A stretch of 53,079 nucleotides of DNA from an uncultured Spirochaetales bacterium (GCA_964606455.1 CAZSGZ010000001.1:1-53079), one strand, 5' to 3'; counted from the first letter of the stretch, positions 1 to 10,522 are shown. Notes: a model not told the origin generated them from the sequence alone. Made by a program: numbers and translations.

Positions 1-8
1 AGTTGAAG

Positions 9-37
9 AAGCCTTCCAATTAACGGAAGGCTTTTTT
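9..37 (+). terminator. Rho-independent terminator (for a gene upstream of the window; may also serve the convergent minus-strand gene)
   Basis: 9-bp stem AAGCCTTCC(9-17)/GGAAGGCTT(25-33), 7-nt loop, followed by a T-run at 32-37. Confidence 0.7.
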
Positions 38-55
38 ATTGCGGTGAGGGACTTG

Positions 56-1072
56 CTACATCACGGGATAGTTTTCAGTAATAATGTCCGGATTCAACAG
101 CAGTTTTACATACTGGGCGCGTTTGTATACCGCCGGGTCGCTGCTGTTCTTTTTACTCAGCTTTCCCCGGAAGTCGTTGATGCTTCCGTATCCTTTCTTG
201 TCCATCCAGGTTTCGATTCCTTTTACGATTGATTCTATAACCGTTATCTTGTTCTTGTAGAGCGTGCTTACAACCTGCACGCAGGACGCGCCCGCGAGGA
301 GCATTTTTACCGCGTCTTTTCCGTTCATAATGCCGGTGCTGCCGCAGATATCGCCCGTAAGGCCGCCGTGCAGAATGCCGGTGTAGCGGAGAGGAAGCCG
401 GCTGTCCTCCCGATTGCTTAAGTAAAACGGAAAGGTGTTGTTTTCTTTCTCGATGTCGATATCGGGCTGAAAAAACCTGTTGAACAGAACGAATCCGTCA
501 ATGCCCTGCCGGTCCAATGCAGATATAAAATGAAGGGGGTTTGTATAAAACGGGCTGAGCTTTACGCTGACGGGTATCGATACGGTACCGATCAAAGCCT
601 GCATCTGTTTTAATTGTTCCGCTTCAATATCGGCCGCGGCATTCTCTTCCGAAGCGGGGAAGCGGTACAGGTTTATCTCTAAAGCATCGACGCCGGTCTG
701 CTCCATCTTTTTCGCGTAGTCCGTGAGCGTTTCAACATTGTCCGCGTTGAGACTTCCGATAACGGGAATGGAGACACTTTCCTTTGCCTTCCTGACCCAC
801 ATCAGATGTTCATCCGGGCCCGCGTGCTCGAGCTGCGGGAAGATGTTGATCATTTCGGGATGCTTTTCATTGAACTTTTCCAGGTCCTCTTCGAATTTAA
901 ACCGTTCTAAGTTTATTTCCTCCTCGAACAAGGATGCGGTCACAATTGCCGCGGCTCCGGAATCCTCGAGTTTTTTTATAACGTCGATATTTTTCGTCAT
1001 CGTACTTGCTCCGGCAAGTACCGGATTTTTCAGTTTCAGTCCGAGATATGTTGTTTGTACATCAGCCATCAT
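56..1072 (-). CDS. Dihydroorotate-dehydrogenase-like FMN TIM-barrel protein (non-canonical, paralog A)
   Basis: ORF 56..1309 trimmed to the ATGATG at 1072, which is preceded by SD GGAGGAGAAG (rc of 1073-1082). PyrD/PreA-like blocks are present (NPVLAGAST, SVKLSP, LFNRF, LLAGASCVQVVS). The class-1 ELN-SCPN catalytic loop reads EINLYRFP instead. Confidence 0.75.
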   Translation of the reverse strand: MMADVQTTYLGLKLKNPVLAGASTMTKNIDVIKKLEDSGAAAIVTASLFEEEINLERFKFEEDLEKFNEKHPEMINIFPQLEHAGPDEHLMWVRKAKESVSIPVIGSLNADNVETLTDYAKKMEQTGVDALEINLYRFPASEENAAADIEAEQLKQMQALIGTVSIPVSVKLSPFYTNPLHFISALDRQGIDGFVLFNRFFQPDIDIEKENNTFPFYLSNREDSRLPLRYTGILHGGLTGDICGSTGIMNGKDAVKMLLAGASCVQVVSTLYKNKITVIESIVKGIETWMDKKGYGSINDFRGKLSKKNSSDPAVYKRAQYVKLLLNPDIITENYPVM

Positions 1073-1151
1073 CTTCTCCTCCTTATCGTATTTGTTTCTC
1101 TTTCCTTTTCTTTTTACGATAAAATAATTACTATATATATAAGGTACTATT

Positions 1152-3239
1152 ATGAAAAGTAAACAGCAAGAAAAATATACAAACAGACTTTCGGAGGAAA
1201 GCAGTCCGTACCTGCTGCAGCATGCGCATAACCCGGTGGACTGGTATCCCTGGGGAAAAGACGCATTTGAAGCGGCTAAAAAAGAGGACAAGCTGATATT
1301 TCTCTCCATCGGCTATTCCACCTGCCACTGGTGCCACGTGATGGAGCGGGAATCATTCGAAGACGAAGAAGCGGCCGAACTGATGAACCGGGCCTTTATT
1401 TCCATCAAAGTAGACCGGGAGGAACGCCCCGACATCGATGCAATGTACATGGAAGCGGCCATGCTGCTTACCGGGAGCGGAGGCTGGCCGCTGAACCTTA
1501 TCCTGACTCCCGATTTGAAACCTGTTTTCGCGGCAACCTATATTCCAAAGGAGGGAAATACCTTCCGGACGGGGATGCTTACCCTTGTCCCGAAGATAGA
1601 AACGGCATGGAAAGAACGGAGGGAGGAAGTTCTCGAAAGCGGTGAAAGGATCGTGCAGGCGCTGAAGGAGCACAATGCCGAGGCGGCGGCATCCTTTACC
1701 GTGGAATCACTCGATGCGGTCTCCCCGCGTCTGCGTACGATCTATGGCAAGGCATTTTCACTGCTGGCAAAACAGTACGACACGGAGTACGGCGGGTTCG
1801 GCGGGAAGCCGAAATTCCCCCAGCCGCACAACCTGCTTTTTCTCCTTCGGTATTACGGTGAAACCGGTGAGCGGCGGGCATTGGAAATGACCGAATCCAC
1901 GCTGCAGCGGATGCGGGCCGGCGGTATACACGACCATATCGGTTTCGGTTTCCACCGCTATTCCACCGACCGGGAATGGAAAGTCCCCCACTTTGAAAAG
2001 ATGCTCTACGACCAGGCCATGCTTTTGCTGGCCTATACCGAAACCTATCTCGGTACCGGCGACATGCAGTATCGAAAAACAGCGGAAGAAATTATTGAAT
2101 ATCTGCTTCGGGACATGCGGTCTCCCGAAGGGGCCTTTTATTCAGCCGAGGACGCGGACAGCGAAGGCGTTGAAGGCAAGTACTACCTCTGGGATTACGG
2201 CGAGTTTTACCGACTCCTTGGACCGGAGTGGAAGGAGTACGCGGACTATTTTCAGCTTCAGGAGGAGGGTAACTTTTTCGACGAAGCACGGCAGGTAAAA
2301 ACCGGCGAAAATATTCTGTTTACCGGCCCGGGAGAGAAACCGCCCGGAGGGGAAGAAAAACTGGAAAAAATACGGCAGCGGCTCTATGCATACCGGGAGG
2401 AGCGGGTACGGCCCCACAAGGACGACAAAATTCTCACCGACTGGAACGGCCTCCTTATCTACGCATTGGCAAAGGCGGCGCGGGTGTTCGACAATGCCGA
2501 TTATTATTCCGCCGCGGCCGACGCGGCCGGTTTTTTCCTTTCGGAAATGAAAACCGAAGACGGCGGTCTCCTGCACTCATACAGGATGGGGACCAAAGGT
2601 ACAATCGGGATGATTGACGATTACGCTTTCCTAATACGGGGCCTGCTCGAGCTGTACCGGGCGGGGTTTCAACCCTTCTATCTGGCGGAAGCGGTATCGT
2701 TTATGGACTGCGCCGCCCGCTATTTTTTAGATGAACAGAACGGCGGCTTTTACGTAAGCGCTTCCGGACAGGATAACCTGCTGATACGGAAAAAGGAACT
2801 CATCGACAACGCGGTGCCGTCGGGAAACTCGGTAATGGCGGAAAACGGGGCGCTCCTGTTCCGGCTTACCGGGAAGGAGAAATACGGCGGCATAAGCGAA
2901 GGAATTATCGAAACGGCCATGGATAAACTAACCGGGCATCCCCATGCCTTTGCCATGCTCCTTGCATCCCTGCATGCAATAACGGAAGGACCGAAGGAGC
3001 TTGTTATTGCCGGAGAAGATGCCGCGGCCCGGGAAATGGCGGTTGCGGCGGGTAAAAAACTCGGGCCGGGGAGTGTCGTTCTTCTTAAAACGCCGGACAC
3101 CGCGGCGGAACTCGGGAAAATAGCTCCATACACGGAAGCATATCCCTTTCCGGATGCCGGTGCGGCGGCGTATGTGTGTGAGAATTTTACCTGCAAAAAG
3201 CCTGTCTTTACGGCCGACGATCTGCTTCGTATCTTATAA
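1152..3239 (+). CDS. Thioredoxin-domain protein, DUF255/YyaL (SPATA20-like; N-terminal Trx fold plus six-hairpin glycosidase-like domain)
   Basis: 695-aa ORF. The N-terminus reads [25 protein letters not shown]...[13 protein letters not shown], typical of the DUF255 family. Confidence 0.85.
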   Translation: MKSKQQEKYTNRLSEESSPYLLQHAHNPVDWYPWGKDAFEAAKKEDKLIFLSIGYSTCHWCHVMERESFEDEEAAELMNRAFISIKVDREERPDIDAMYMEAAMLLTGSGGWPLNLILTPDLKPVFAATYIPKEGNTFRTGMLTLVPKIETAWKERREEVLESGERIVQALKEHNAEAAASFTVESLDAVSPRLRTIYGKAFSLLAKQYDTEYGGFGGKPKFPQPHNLLFLLRYYGETGERRALEMTESTLQRMRAGGIHDHIGFGFHRYSTDREWKVPHFEKMLYDQAMLLLAYTETYLGTGDMQYRKTAEEIIEYLLRDMRSPEGAFYSAEDADSEGVEGKYYLWDYGEFYRLLGPEWKEYADYFQLQEEGNFFDEARQVKTGENILFTGPGEKPPGGEEKLEKIRQRLYAYREERVRPHKDDKILTDWNGLLIYALAKAARVFDNADYYSAAADAAGFFLSEMKTEDGGLLHSYRMGTKGTIGMIDDYAFLIRGLLELYRAGFQPFYLAEAVSFMDCAARYFLDEQNGGFYVSASGQDNLLIRKKELIDNAVPSGNSVMAENGALLFRLTGKEKYGGISEGIIETAMDKLTGHPHAFAMLLASLHAITEGPKELVIAGEDAAAREMAVAAGKKLGPGSVVLLKTPDTAAELGKIAPYTEAYPFPDAGAAAYVCENFTCKKPVFTADDLLRIL

Positions 3240-3301
3240 TATTGATTGTTGCGGGAATTTAGACTACTCTGCCTGTAGCAGTTTTGAGGAGAGAATGAAA
3301 A

Positions 3302-4954
3302 ATGGTAGAACCACTGGTTACATCAACGGCATTTCAAAAGAGAAAAGGACCCGTTGTCCTGGTCATTATGGACGGCGTGGGATACGGTAAATATGCGGAA
3401 GGAGACGGTGTGCTGGAAGCGAGAACGGAATACTTGGACGCGCTTCACGCGGTATGTCCCCATACAAAGCTGAAAGCACACGGTACCGCGGTGGGACTTC
3501 CAAGCGACGACGACATGGGAAACAGCGAAGTTGGACACAACGCGATCGGCTGCGGCCGTGTTTTCGCGCAGGGAGCGAAACGGGTCAATGCGGCAATTAA
3601 AAACGGTGAAATATTTGAAGGTGATGTGTGGAAAAAACTGGTTGCAAACGTCAAGAACAGCGGGGGGAAACTCCATTTTATCGGCTTGTTTTCCGACGGC
3701 AACGTACACAGCCACTTGGACCATGTAAAAGCTATGCTGGAAAAGGCGCTGGAAGAGGGTGTTCAGACGGCACGGATCCACACCCTTCTCGACGGGAGGG
3801 ACGTCGGAGAAACATCGGCCCTCGAGTATATCGAACCGTTTGAAGAATACCTGAAGAAGCTGAATGAAACGGGTGCCGATTTCCGCATTGCTTCGGGAGG
3901 AGGGCGGATGGTCATTACCATGGACCGTTACGGCGCGAACTGGGACATGGTAAAAAAAGGCTGGGCGGTGCATATACACGGAGAAGGGCGCTATTTCCCG
4001 TCGGCGAAAGAAGCAATCGAAACGCTCCGTAAAGAAACGGAAGCAATTGACCAGGACCTGCCGCCCTTTGTTATCGCTGAAAACGGAACGCCCGTCGGGC
4101 CGGTTACCGACGGCGACAGCGTTATTTTCTTCAATTTCCGCGGGGACCGGGCCCTTGAAATAACTTCGGCCTTTGAAGAAGACGATTTCGATAAATTCGA
4201 CCGGGGCAGACGGCCCGATGTCGAGTACGCGGGGATGATGGAATACGACGGCGATTTGAAAATACCGAAACAGTATCTGGTTTCACCTCCGTCGATCGAC
4301 AGGACCATGAGCGAATTCCTGGTACAGGAAAAGGTAAAAATGCTTGCCATCAGTGAAACCCAGAAATTCGGACACGTAACCTATTTTTTTAACGGCAACA
4401 AGCTGGGGAAGTTTGATGAAGCCCTGGAGGACTACGTAGAAATTACTTCGGACATCGTTCCCTTTGAGCAGCGGCCGTGGATGAAAAGCGCCGAGCTGAC
4501 GGACGCGGTAATTGAAGCTGTTGAAAGCGGAACGTACGATTTTATCCGCCTGAATTATCCGAACGGGGACATGGTCGGCCACACGGGAATTTACGAGGCG
4601 GTCCTCTGCGCGATGGAGGCCCTGGATTTGGGACTCGGAAGATTGATGAAGGCGGTAAAAAAGGCCGGCGGGGTAATGATTGTCAGCGCGGACCACGGCA
4701 ACTCGGACGACATGTTTGAACACGACAAAAAAACGGGCGCTGTAAAACTGAAGGAAAACGGAAAACCGCAGGCAAAGACATCACATTCTCTCAATCCGGT
4801 ACCCTGTATTATCTACGATCCCGACTATAACGGAGAATACAAACTGGAATTACGGGAAGGTCTCGGGATAAGCTCTTTAGCCGCGACAGTAATGGAATTG
4901 CTGGGCTTCATTCCGCCGAAGGACTACGATCCCGGTGTTTTGAACTGGAAGTAG
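3302..4954 (+). CDS. gpmI: 2,3-bisphosphoglycerate-independent phosphoglycerate mutase (long ~550-aa form)
   Basis: Motifs VIMDGVGYG, GNSEVGHNAIGCGR and ADHGN are present. SD GAGGAG at 3286-3291 sits upstream of the ATG at 3302. Confidence 0.92.
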   Translation: MVEPLVTSTAFQKRKGPVVLVIMDGVGYGKYAEGDGVLEARTEYLDALHAVCPHTKLKAHGTAVGLPSDDDMGNSEVGHNAIGCGRVFAQGAKRVNAAIKNGEIFEGDVWKKLVANVKNSGGKLHFIGLFSDGNVHSHLDHVKAMLEKALEEGVQTARIHTLLDGRDVGETSALEYIEPFEEYLKKLNETGADFRIASGGGRMVITMDRYGANWDMVKKGWAVHIHGEGRYFPSAKEAIETLRKETEAIDQDLPPFVIAENGTPVGPVTDGDSVIFFNFRGDRALEITSAFEEDDFDKFDRGRRPDVEYAGMMEYDGDLKIPKQYLVSPPSIDRTMSEFLVQEKVKMLAISETQKFGHVTYFFNGNKLGKFDEALEDYVEITSDIVPFEQRPWMKSAELTDAVIEAVESGTYDFIRLNYPNGDMVGHTGIYEAVLCAMEALDLGLGRLMKAVKKAGGVMIVSADHGNSDDMFEHDKKTGAVKLKENGKPQAKTSHSLNPVPCIIYDPDYNGEYKLELREGLGISSLAATVMELLGFIPPKDYDPGVLNWK

Positions 4955-4971
4955 GATAATCCTTACAAATT

Positions 4972-5511
4972 ATGAACGATATGTACGAAATCGAATGCAA
5001 AGCCTGGATTGATAACCCGGAGGAGATGCGGAAAAAGCTGCGGGAGAAGTATACCTTTACCGACGAGTACACCAAAAACGATACCTACTATCAATTCCCC
5101 GGCAGGAAAGAAACGTTCCGCGTTAGGAAACAGCCTTCTAAAACGATCGTTACGATGAAAAAAAAGTCCCGGGAAAAGGGAATTGAAAAAAACTTGGAAA
5201 TTGAATTTTCCGTTTCCGATGCCGAGAATTTTCTCCGCTTTATGCGGGAATTCAACTGCCCGGTTTATATGAAGAAAGTAAAAAAAAGCGAGGTTTTTAC
5301 AGCCGGAGAAATAACCGTGGAGTTGAGCCGCGTGGAAAGCCTCGGCTGGTTTGTCGAGATAGAAAAACTGGTAAGCTCCGCGGAAAAAGACGTGCAGGCG
5401 GCGGCACAAGAGGAAGTCCTTGCCGTTCTTCGGGACCTTGGTGTTTCGGAAGAAAAATTGGAAGAACGGTATTACACTGAACTTCTGACAGGGATACCTG
5501 AAAAAATATAG
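4972..5511 (+). CDS. CYTH-domain protein (CyaB-type class IV adenylate cyclase / triphosphatase family)
   Basis: 179 aa. The N-terminal ExExK signature is present (YEIECK), and length and pattern are CyaB-like. Confidence 0.75.
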   Translation: MNDMYEIECKAWIDNPEEMRKKLREKYTFTDEYTKNDTYYQFPGRKETFRVRKQPSKTIVTMKKKSREKGIEKNLEIEFSVSDAENFLRFMREFNCPVYMKKVKKSEVFTAGEITVELSRVESLGWFVEIEKLVSSAEKDVQAAAQEEVLAVLRDLGVSEEKLEERYYTELLTGIPEKI

Positions 5512-5531
5512 TGCAAACAGAGGAGAAGCCC

Positions 5532-6272
5532 ATGGGAATGCTTCGTGTGGAAAATTTATCATTGTCCTTCGACGATAAAAAAATATTACAAAATGTCGAT
5601 ATAGATTTTTGGGACGGCCATATTCATGCCATCGTCGGGCCGAACGGCGCGGGGAAATCGACGCTGGCGCAGACAATTATGGGACTGCCGGAATATCTCG
5701 ACCATGATGGAAGGGTCATGTTCGGGAACGAGAATATATCCGATCTGCCGATTTATGAACGGGCAAAGCGGGGCATAACGCTGGCATGGCAGGAGCCGGC
5801 GAGGTTTACAGGTATTACCGTGGATGCGTTTTTGCAGGGCGCCGCGAAAAACGATCAGGCAGCGGTCATTGCAAACGCCCTCGAGAAGGTAGGCCTAGAA
5901 CCAAAACGCTATCTGTCCAGAGCGGTGGATAAAACCTTAAGCGGCGGAGAGCGGAAGCGGATTGAAGTGGCGTCGATTTTCGTGATGGAACCGAAGATCG
6001 TTTTAATGGATGAACCCGATTCCGGTATCGATACCGACGCCATTGAATATATTTTTCACATCATCCACGAATTCAAACAGCGGGGTACGACGGTCATACT
6101 CATTACCCACAGTGCCAGGGTCCTTCAGGAGGCTGATCATGCGTTCCTCCTCTGCCACGGGCGGGTAGTCGATCAGGGAACGGCGGAACGGATGAGCGCT
6201 TATTTCAAAGGGAAGTGTATTCCCTGTACCCATAAAAACAATCCGGACACACTAGAGGCGGAAAATGGGTAA
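5532..6272 (+). CDS. sufC: Fe-S cluster assembly ATPase SufC (SmsC-like)
   Basis: Walker A GPNGAGKST, ABC signature LSGGERKR and Walker B LMDEPDSGID are present. I prefer the ATG at 5532 (SD GGAG at 5522-5525) over the GTG at 5511, which overlaps the upstream stop codon. Confidence 0.88.
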   Translation: MGMLRVENLSLSFDDKKILQNVDIDFWDGHIHAIVGPNGAGKSTLAQTIMGLPEYLDHDGRVMFGNENISDLPIYERAKRGITLAWQEPARFTGITVDAFLQGAAKNDQAAVIANALEKVGLEPKRYLSRAVDKTLSGGERKRIEVASIFVMEPKIVLMDEPDSGIDTDAIEYIFHIIHEFKQRGTTVILITHSARVLQEADHAFLLCHGRVVDQGTAERMSAYFKGKCIPCTHKNNPDTLEAENG

Positions 6273-7194
6273 CGAACAGATAATCGAAGAAATGCTCGCG
6301 TCCATCCGGATGCATAAACACTTCGGACCGAACACGGCGCACGTGGAAATACACGGAAACAAGGTCCTTCAGTCGACCCTCGTCGAGGGGCTGACAATTG
6401 ACGCCGAGGAGCAGGACGAGGGAGTTTCCGCGCGGCTGCGGGTGGCCCCGGGAGTGAAACTCGAAAACCCCGTTCATCTCTGTTTCGGGATGATTCCGGA
6501 AAGTGGAATACAGCGGATTGAAATGGACATCGAAATAGGCGAGGAGGCAGAAGCGTCATTTCTTGCCCACTGTACATTCCCGAATGCTAAGGATGTAGAG
6601 CATTTGATGAATGCCGCTATCCGGGTAAAGAAAAACGGAAGATACTCCTATTTCGAGCGGCACGTACACGGCGACTACGGCGGCATTAAGGTAATTCCGA
6701 AGGCGGAAATAGTTCTCGAAGAAGGTGCGTACTTTTCCACCGAGTTCGAACTGCTGAAAGGACGGGTCGGGCTGATGGATATCGATTATGCAACGGTTTG
6801 TGAAGCATACAGTACCTTGGAGATGAAGGCCCGAATTAACGCTACCGGTAACGATATTGTAAAAATCCGGGAGGCGGGGAAATTAGTAGGTGAACACGCT
6901 AAGGGGGTGCTTATTTCCCACATTGCCCTGCGGGACAACTCCTATGCAGAGATTTACAACGACCTTTCCGCGGACGCTCCCTACGCGGTTGGCCATGTGG
7001 ACTGCAAGGAGATCGTGCAGGACAGCGCGGTGGCACGGGCGATACCGATTGTGCAGGTGAACAATCCGAAAGCGCATGTAACCCATGAAGCGGCGATCGG
7101 CAGTGTCGATTCAAAACAGCTGCAAACCCTCATGTCCCGGGGGCTGTCGGAGGATGACGCGGTGGAACTCATTATTCAGGGCCTCCTTTCGTAA
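6265..7194 (+). CDS. Short SufB/SufD-family Fe-S scaffold protein (SmsB-like, 309 aa)
   Basis: The C-terminal SufBD beta-helix block is present (GHVDCKEIV...NNPKAHVTHEAAIGSVDSKQLQTLMSRGLSEDDAVELII). The start overlaps the sufC stop by 8 nt (ATGGGTAA). Confidence 0.8.
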   Translation: MGNEQIIEEMLASIRMHKHFGPNTAHVEIHGNKVLQSTLVEGLTIDAEEQDEGVSARLRVAPGVKLENPVHLCFGMIPESGIQRIEMDIEIGEEAEASFLAHCTFPNAKDVEHLMNAAIRVKKNGRYSYFERHVHGDYGGIKVIPKAEIVLEEGAYFSTEFELLKGRVGLMDIDYATVCEAYSTLEMKARINATGNDIVKIREAGKLVGEHAKGVLISHIALRDNSYAEIYNDLSADAPYAVGHVDCKEIVQDSAVARAIPIVQVNNPKAHVTHEAAIGSVDSKQLQTLMSRGLSEDDAVELIIQGLLS

Positions 7195-7206
7195 GGGACC
7201 GGGGGC

Positions 7207-8292
7207 ATGTATATGGAACAATTTATCGGCAATTTCGCGGAATTTATTTCGACACAGCCCGCAGCGGCGGGGTTTGATGAGATACACATTATCGCAAACC
7301 CCGTAGCAGGCGGTTTTGCCAGGCATTCGGTATTTGCCGATGCGGTAGACAAACTCGAAGCGCACAGACGGCAGGCGGATACGGGCAGGGTGATGCTTTC
7401 GAAAGAACACATTCATATACACCGGACCCATTCCGCGGGGGACTGTGAAACCATTGTCCGGGGCGTTATTTCCTCGGAGGCTGCCGAGAAAAAGATACTG
7501 TTCATAACCGCCGGAGGCGACGGCACGGCGACGGAAGCCGCATCGGAGGTCCATCGCTACATACGGGAAAGCGGAAACGGGAACAATATCGTCCTGTTTC
7601 GGATGCCCATGGGCACCGGAAATGACGGGCTCGATGCCGATACAATGGACACCGCTTTTACCGTGTGTTCATCCGAATGTACCGCGGCAAAAATCCCCCT
7701 CATGCAGATCGATTCAGCATCGGGAATACGAAAGTACGCGACAAATATCGCGAGTTTCGGTTTAGACGCCTACGTTACCGATAAAACGAACAAGCTGAAA
7801 CGGATTATTCCGGGGTCGTTCTATTCGGTGATGGTTGACGTGGCCGCCCTGTTTTATGAATTTTCAGTTGATATGGTCCCGCTGGAACTCCGCTATACCG
7901 ATTACAACGGAGAAACCCATACGGACAATCCCGTCGTACTCCTTCTCGCGATGGGAGTAAGCGGAAACCGGACCTACGGCGGCGGCAAACTGGTACTGCC
8001 GGGACGAGAAAATGTCTGTACCATCGGCAGAATGAAACTAGGCCGGAAGTTTACCGTTAAAGAAATCCTCTACAAAGGGGAGCACACTGCCTTAGATGAG
8101 GTGACGATGTATGAAGCACGGGAAATGTCCGTCAATTTTTCAGGTGCCATGCTTTTTCAGCACGACGGTGAAGTCATACCGCTGAAAAAGGAGGATTTTC
8201 CCGTCACGCTCCGCGTCCTTCCGCCTTCGGTCCCGGTCCTGCGCCCGAAGGACCTTACCATTCTGAAGGGTCTTCGGGGGCTATCGGAGTAA
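7207..8292 (+). CDS. Diacylglycerol/lipid kinase family protein (YegS/DAGK_cat)
   Basis: The GGDGT motif (ITAGGDGTATEA) and a downstream GTGND are present. 361 aa. Confidence 0.8.
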   Translation: MYMEQFIGNFAEFISTQPAAAGFDEIHIIANPVAGGFARHSVFADAVDKLEAHRRQADTGRVMLSKEHIHIHRTHSAGDCETIVRGVISSEAAEKKILFITAGGDGTATEAASEVHRYIRESGNGNNIVLFRMPMGTGNDGLDADTMDTAFTVCSSECTAAKIPLMQIDSASGIRKYATNIASFGLDAYVTDKTNKLKRIIPGSFYSVMVDVAALFYEFSVDMVPLELRYTDYNGETHTDNPVVLLLAMGVSGNRTYGGGKLVLPGRENVCTIGRMKLGRKFTVKEILYKGEHTALDEVTMYEAREMSVNFSGAMLFQHDGEVIPLKKEDFPVTLRVLPPSVPVLRPKDLTILKGLRGLSE

Positions 8293-8569
8293 AAGCCTTC
8301 CCTTCCCGGGGGGCGGCCATCATCGGTTCAACCGTTTCTTTCCATTTTTTATAATGAGCCGTGGTTTTATGGGCCGCCGCCGCGGCCTCGTCTCGATACA
8401 CTTCGTAGAGGTAAAAAACGGTTTCGTCTTCATCGGACTGCAGTACGTCAAATCGAAAGATCCCGGGTTCCAGGACCGATCCCGCCCTGTTGTTGAGTGT
8501 GGCCTCCCGAAAGGCGACGACCGATTCAGGTTTTACATATACGGTAATTCCGCGAACTATCATTTTCAT
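8255..8569 (-). CDS. ABM-domain (antibiotic biosynthesis monooxygenase-like) protein
   Basis: ORF trimmed to MKMIVRGITVYVKPE..., with SD GGAGGA (rc of 8572-8577). The ferredoxin-like ABM pattern is present (FRFDVLQSDEDETVFYLYEVYRDEAA...H). Its 3' end overlaps the convergent kinase gene by 38 nt. Confidence 0.7.
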   Translation of the reverse strand: MKMIVRGITVYVKPESVVAFREATLNNRAGSVLEPGIFRFDVLQSDEDETVFYLYEVYRDEAAAAAHKTTAHYKKWKETVEPMMAAPREGKAFTPIAPEDPSEW

Positions 8570-8580
8570 TCCTCCTCTTC

Positions 8581-8610
8581 TTGCAATTGTATAAAAAAAT
8601 CGTGTAGTGT
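8581..8610 (+). promoter_or_regulatory. Candidate sigma70-type promoter for ilvD
   Basis: TTGCAA (8581-8586), 18-nt spacer, TAGTGT (8605-8610). Confidence 0.3.
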
Positions 8611-8636
8611 GGAAGCAGAACAGGAGACGGAGGAAC

Positions 8637-10472
8637 ATGAAAAAACAATTACGCAGCGAAGTAAGTACAGAGGGACGAAGAATGGCCGGTGCGCGGAGCC
8701 TGTGGCGGGCAAACGGCATGAAACCGGAACATTTCGGGAAGCCGATATTCGGAATTGTCAATTCCTTTACCCAGTTTGTTCCGGGGCACGTGCATCTTCA
8801 TGAAATCGGTCAGGACTTGAAAAAAATTATCGAAGATGAAGGATATTTTGCCGCCGAATTCAATACCATAGCCATCGACGACGGGATTGCCATGGGGCAC
8901 GACGGAATGCTGTATTCACTTCCTTCCCGGGAGCTTATCGCCGACAGCGTGGAATATATGTGCAATGCCCACGGGATCGACGCACTGCTTTGTATCAGTA
9001 ACTGCGATAAAATTACACCGGGGATGATGATGGCGGCCATGCGCCTGAATATACCGGCAATTTTTGTCTCCGGCGGTCCAATGGAAGCCGGAGAAATTAA
9101 AGGAAAAAAGTACGATTTAATTGACGCAATGGTAATGAGCGCCGACGAAACCGTTTCCGATGATGAAGTGCAAGAGCTCGAAGAATCGGCGTGCCCTACC
9201 TGCGGCAGCTGTTCCGGTATGTTTACCGCGAATTCCATGAACTGCTTAAACGAGGCATTAGGCTTGGCCCTTCCGGGAAACGGCACCGTTGTGGCGACCC
9301 ACGTAAAACGGAAACTGCTCTTTGAAACGGCCGCCCGCCGTATCGTCCAAATGGCCAAACTGTACTATGACGAGGGGGATGAATCGGTCCTTCCCCGCTC
9401 GATAGCCTCGAAAAACGCGTTTATCAACGCCATGGCATTGGATATCGCCATGGGAGGTTCTACGAACACGGTCCTCCATCTGTTAGCCGTCGCGCGGGAG
9501 GCGGACGTCGATTTCAGCATGTCCGATATCGACGCGCTTTCCCGGAAAGTACCGAATATCTGTAAGGTTGCTCCGAGTTCGGCATATCATATCGAAGATG
9601 TAAACCGGGCAGGTGGGATCCATTCGATTTTAGGGGAACTCGACCGTGCCGGTTTGCTGAATACCGACGTCTGCCGGGTCGACGGCCTGCCCATGCCGGA
9701 AGCCCTGGACCGGTACGATCTCTCGAGGGTAAGTGTAAGCGAAGAAGCGGTGGAGCTCTACGAATGCGCGCCCGGAAGACGGGGAAGAAACCTGGCCCTG
9801 GGGTCTCAGAACGCGCGGTATGAGGAACTGGACAGAGACAGAAGCGGCGGTTGCATTCGGGATATCGACCACTGCTACAGCACCGAAGGCGGATTGGCGG
9901 TACTGTTCGGAAATATCGCGGAAAACGGCTGCATCGTGAAAACCGCCGGCGTGGATGAAGGAATGTTTACCTTTTCCGGACCGGCGCGGGTATATGAGTC
10001 CCAGGACGCGGCATGCGACGGCATCCTGACCGGCGAGGTGATGGAAGGCGACGTTGTGGTTATTATCTTCGAAGGGCCGAAGGGCGGTCCGGGTATGCAG
10101 GAGATGCTGTACCCCACATCGTATTTAAAATCGAGGCATTTGGGTTCAGCGTGCGCTCTCATGACGGACGGAAGGTTTTCAGGTGGAACATCCGGACTTT
10201 CCATCGGACATATTTCTCCCGAGGCCGCCGCCGGAGGTGCCGTGGGGCTGCTCCGTACCGGTGACAGGATCGAAATCGATATTTCGAAGCGGAGCATCAA
10301 TGTAAAAATTGACCCGGAGGAACTGGAAACCAGGCGGAACGAAGAGCTGCGGCGGGGAAAAAAGGCTTTTACGCCCCGCGGCCGGAACAGGATTGTCTCG
10401 AATTCGCTGAAAATATACGCTGAACATGCTTCTTCCGCGGATACAGGGGCTGTACGGATAATAGATGAGTAA
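8637..10472 (+). CDS. ilvD: Dihydroxy-acid dehydratase
   Basis: Typical IlvD sequence ([51 protein letters not shown]). The ATG at 8637 follows SD GGAGACGGAGGA. Confidence 0.95.
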   Translation: MKKQLRSEVSTEGRRMAGARSLWRANGMKPEHFGKPIFGIVNSFTQFVPGHVHLHEIGQDLKKIIEDEGYFAAEFNTIAIDDGIAMGHDGMLYSLPSRELIADSVEYMCNAHGIDALLCISNCDKITPGMMMAAMRLNIPAIFVSGGPMEAGEIKGKKYDLIDAMVMSADETVSDDEVQELEESACPTCGSCSGMFTANSMNCLNEALGLALPGNGTVVATHVKRKLLFETAARRIVQMAKLYYDEGDESVLPRSIASKNAFINAMALDIAMGGSTNTVLHLLAVAREADVDFSMSDIDALSRKVPNICKVAPSSAYHIEDVNRAGGIHSILGELDRAGLLNTDVCRVDGLPMPEALDRYDLSRVSVSEEAVELYECAPGRRGRNLALGSQNARYEELDRDRSGGCIRDIDHCYSTEGGLAVLFGNIAENGCIVKTAGVDEGMFTFSGPARVYESQDAACDGILTGEVMEGDVVVIIFEGPKGGPGMQEMLYPTSYLKSRHLGSACALMTDGRFSGGTSGLSIGHISPEAAAGGAVGLLRTGDRIEIDISKRSINVKIDPEELETRRNEELRRGKKAFTPRGRNRIVSNSLKIYAEHASSADTGAVRIIDE

Positions 10473-10493
10473 AAAACTTATTGAAAATCACTA

Positions 10494-10522
10494 TTGACAA
10501 GGAATATGCTCTATTATATCAT
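10494..10522 (+). promoter_or_regulatory. Sigma70-type promoter of the YeeE/TusA/TrxR operon
   Basis: TTGACA (10494-10499), 17-nt spacer, TATCAT (10517-10522). It lies about 55 nt upstream of the ATG at 10579. Confidence 0.55.

Noticed and set aside
1073-1309. N-terminal 79-aa extension of the 417-aa minus-strand ORF (MERNISLSS...)
   Set aside because: It overlaps the 5' end of the well-supported DUF255 gene on the other strand and has odd composition. The homologous DHOD-like sequence begins at the ATGATG at 1072, directly after a strong SD. I treat it as a non-coding extension.
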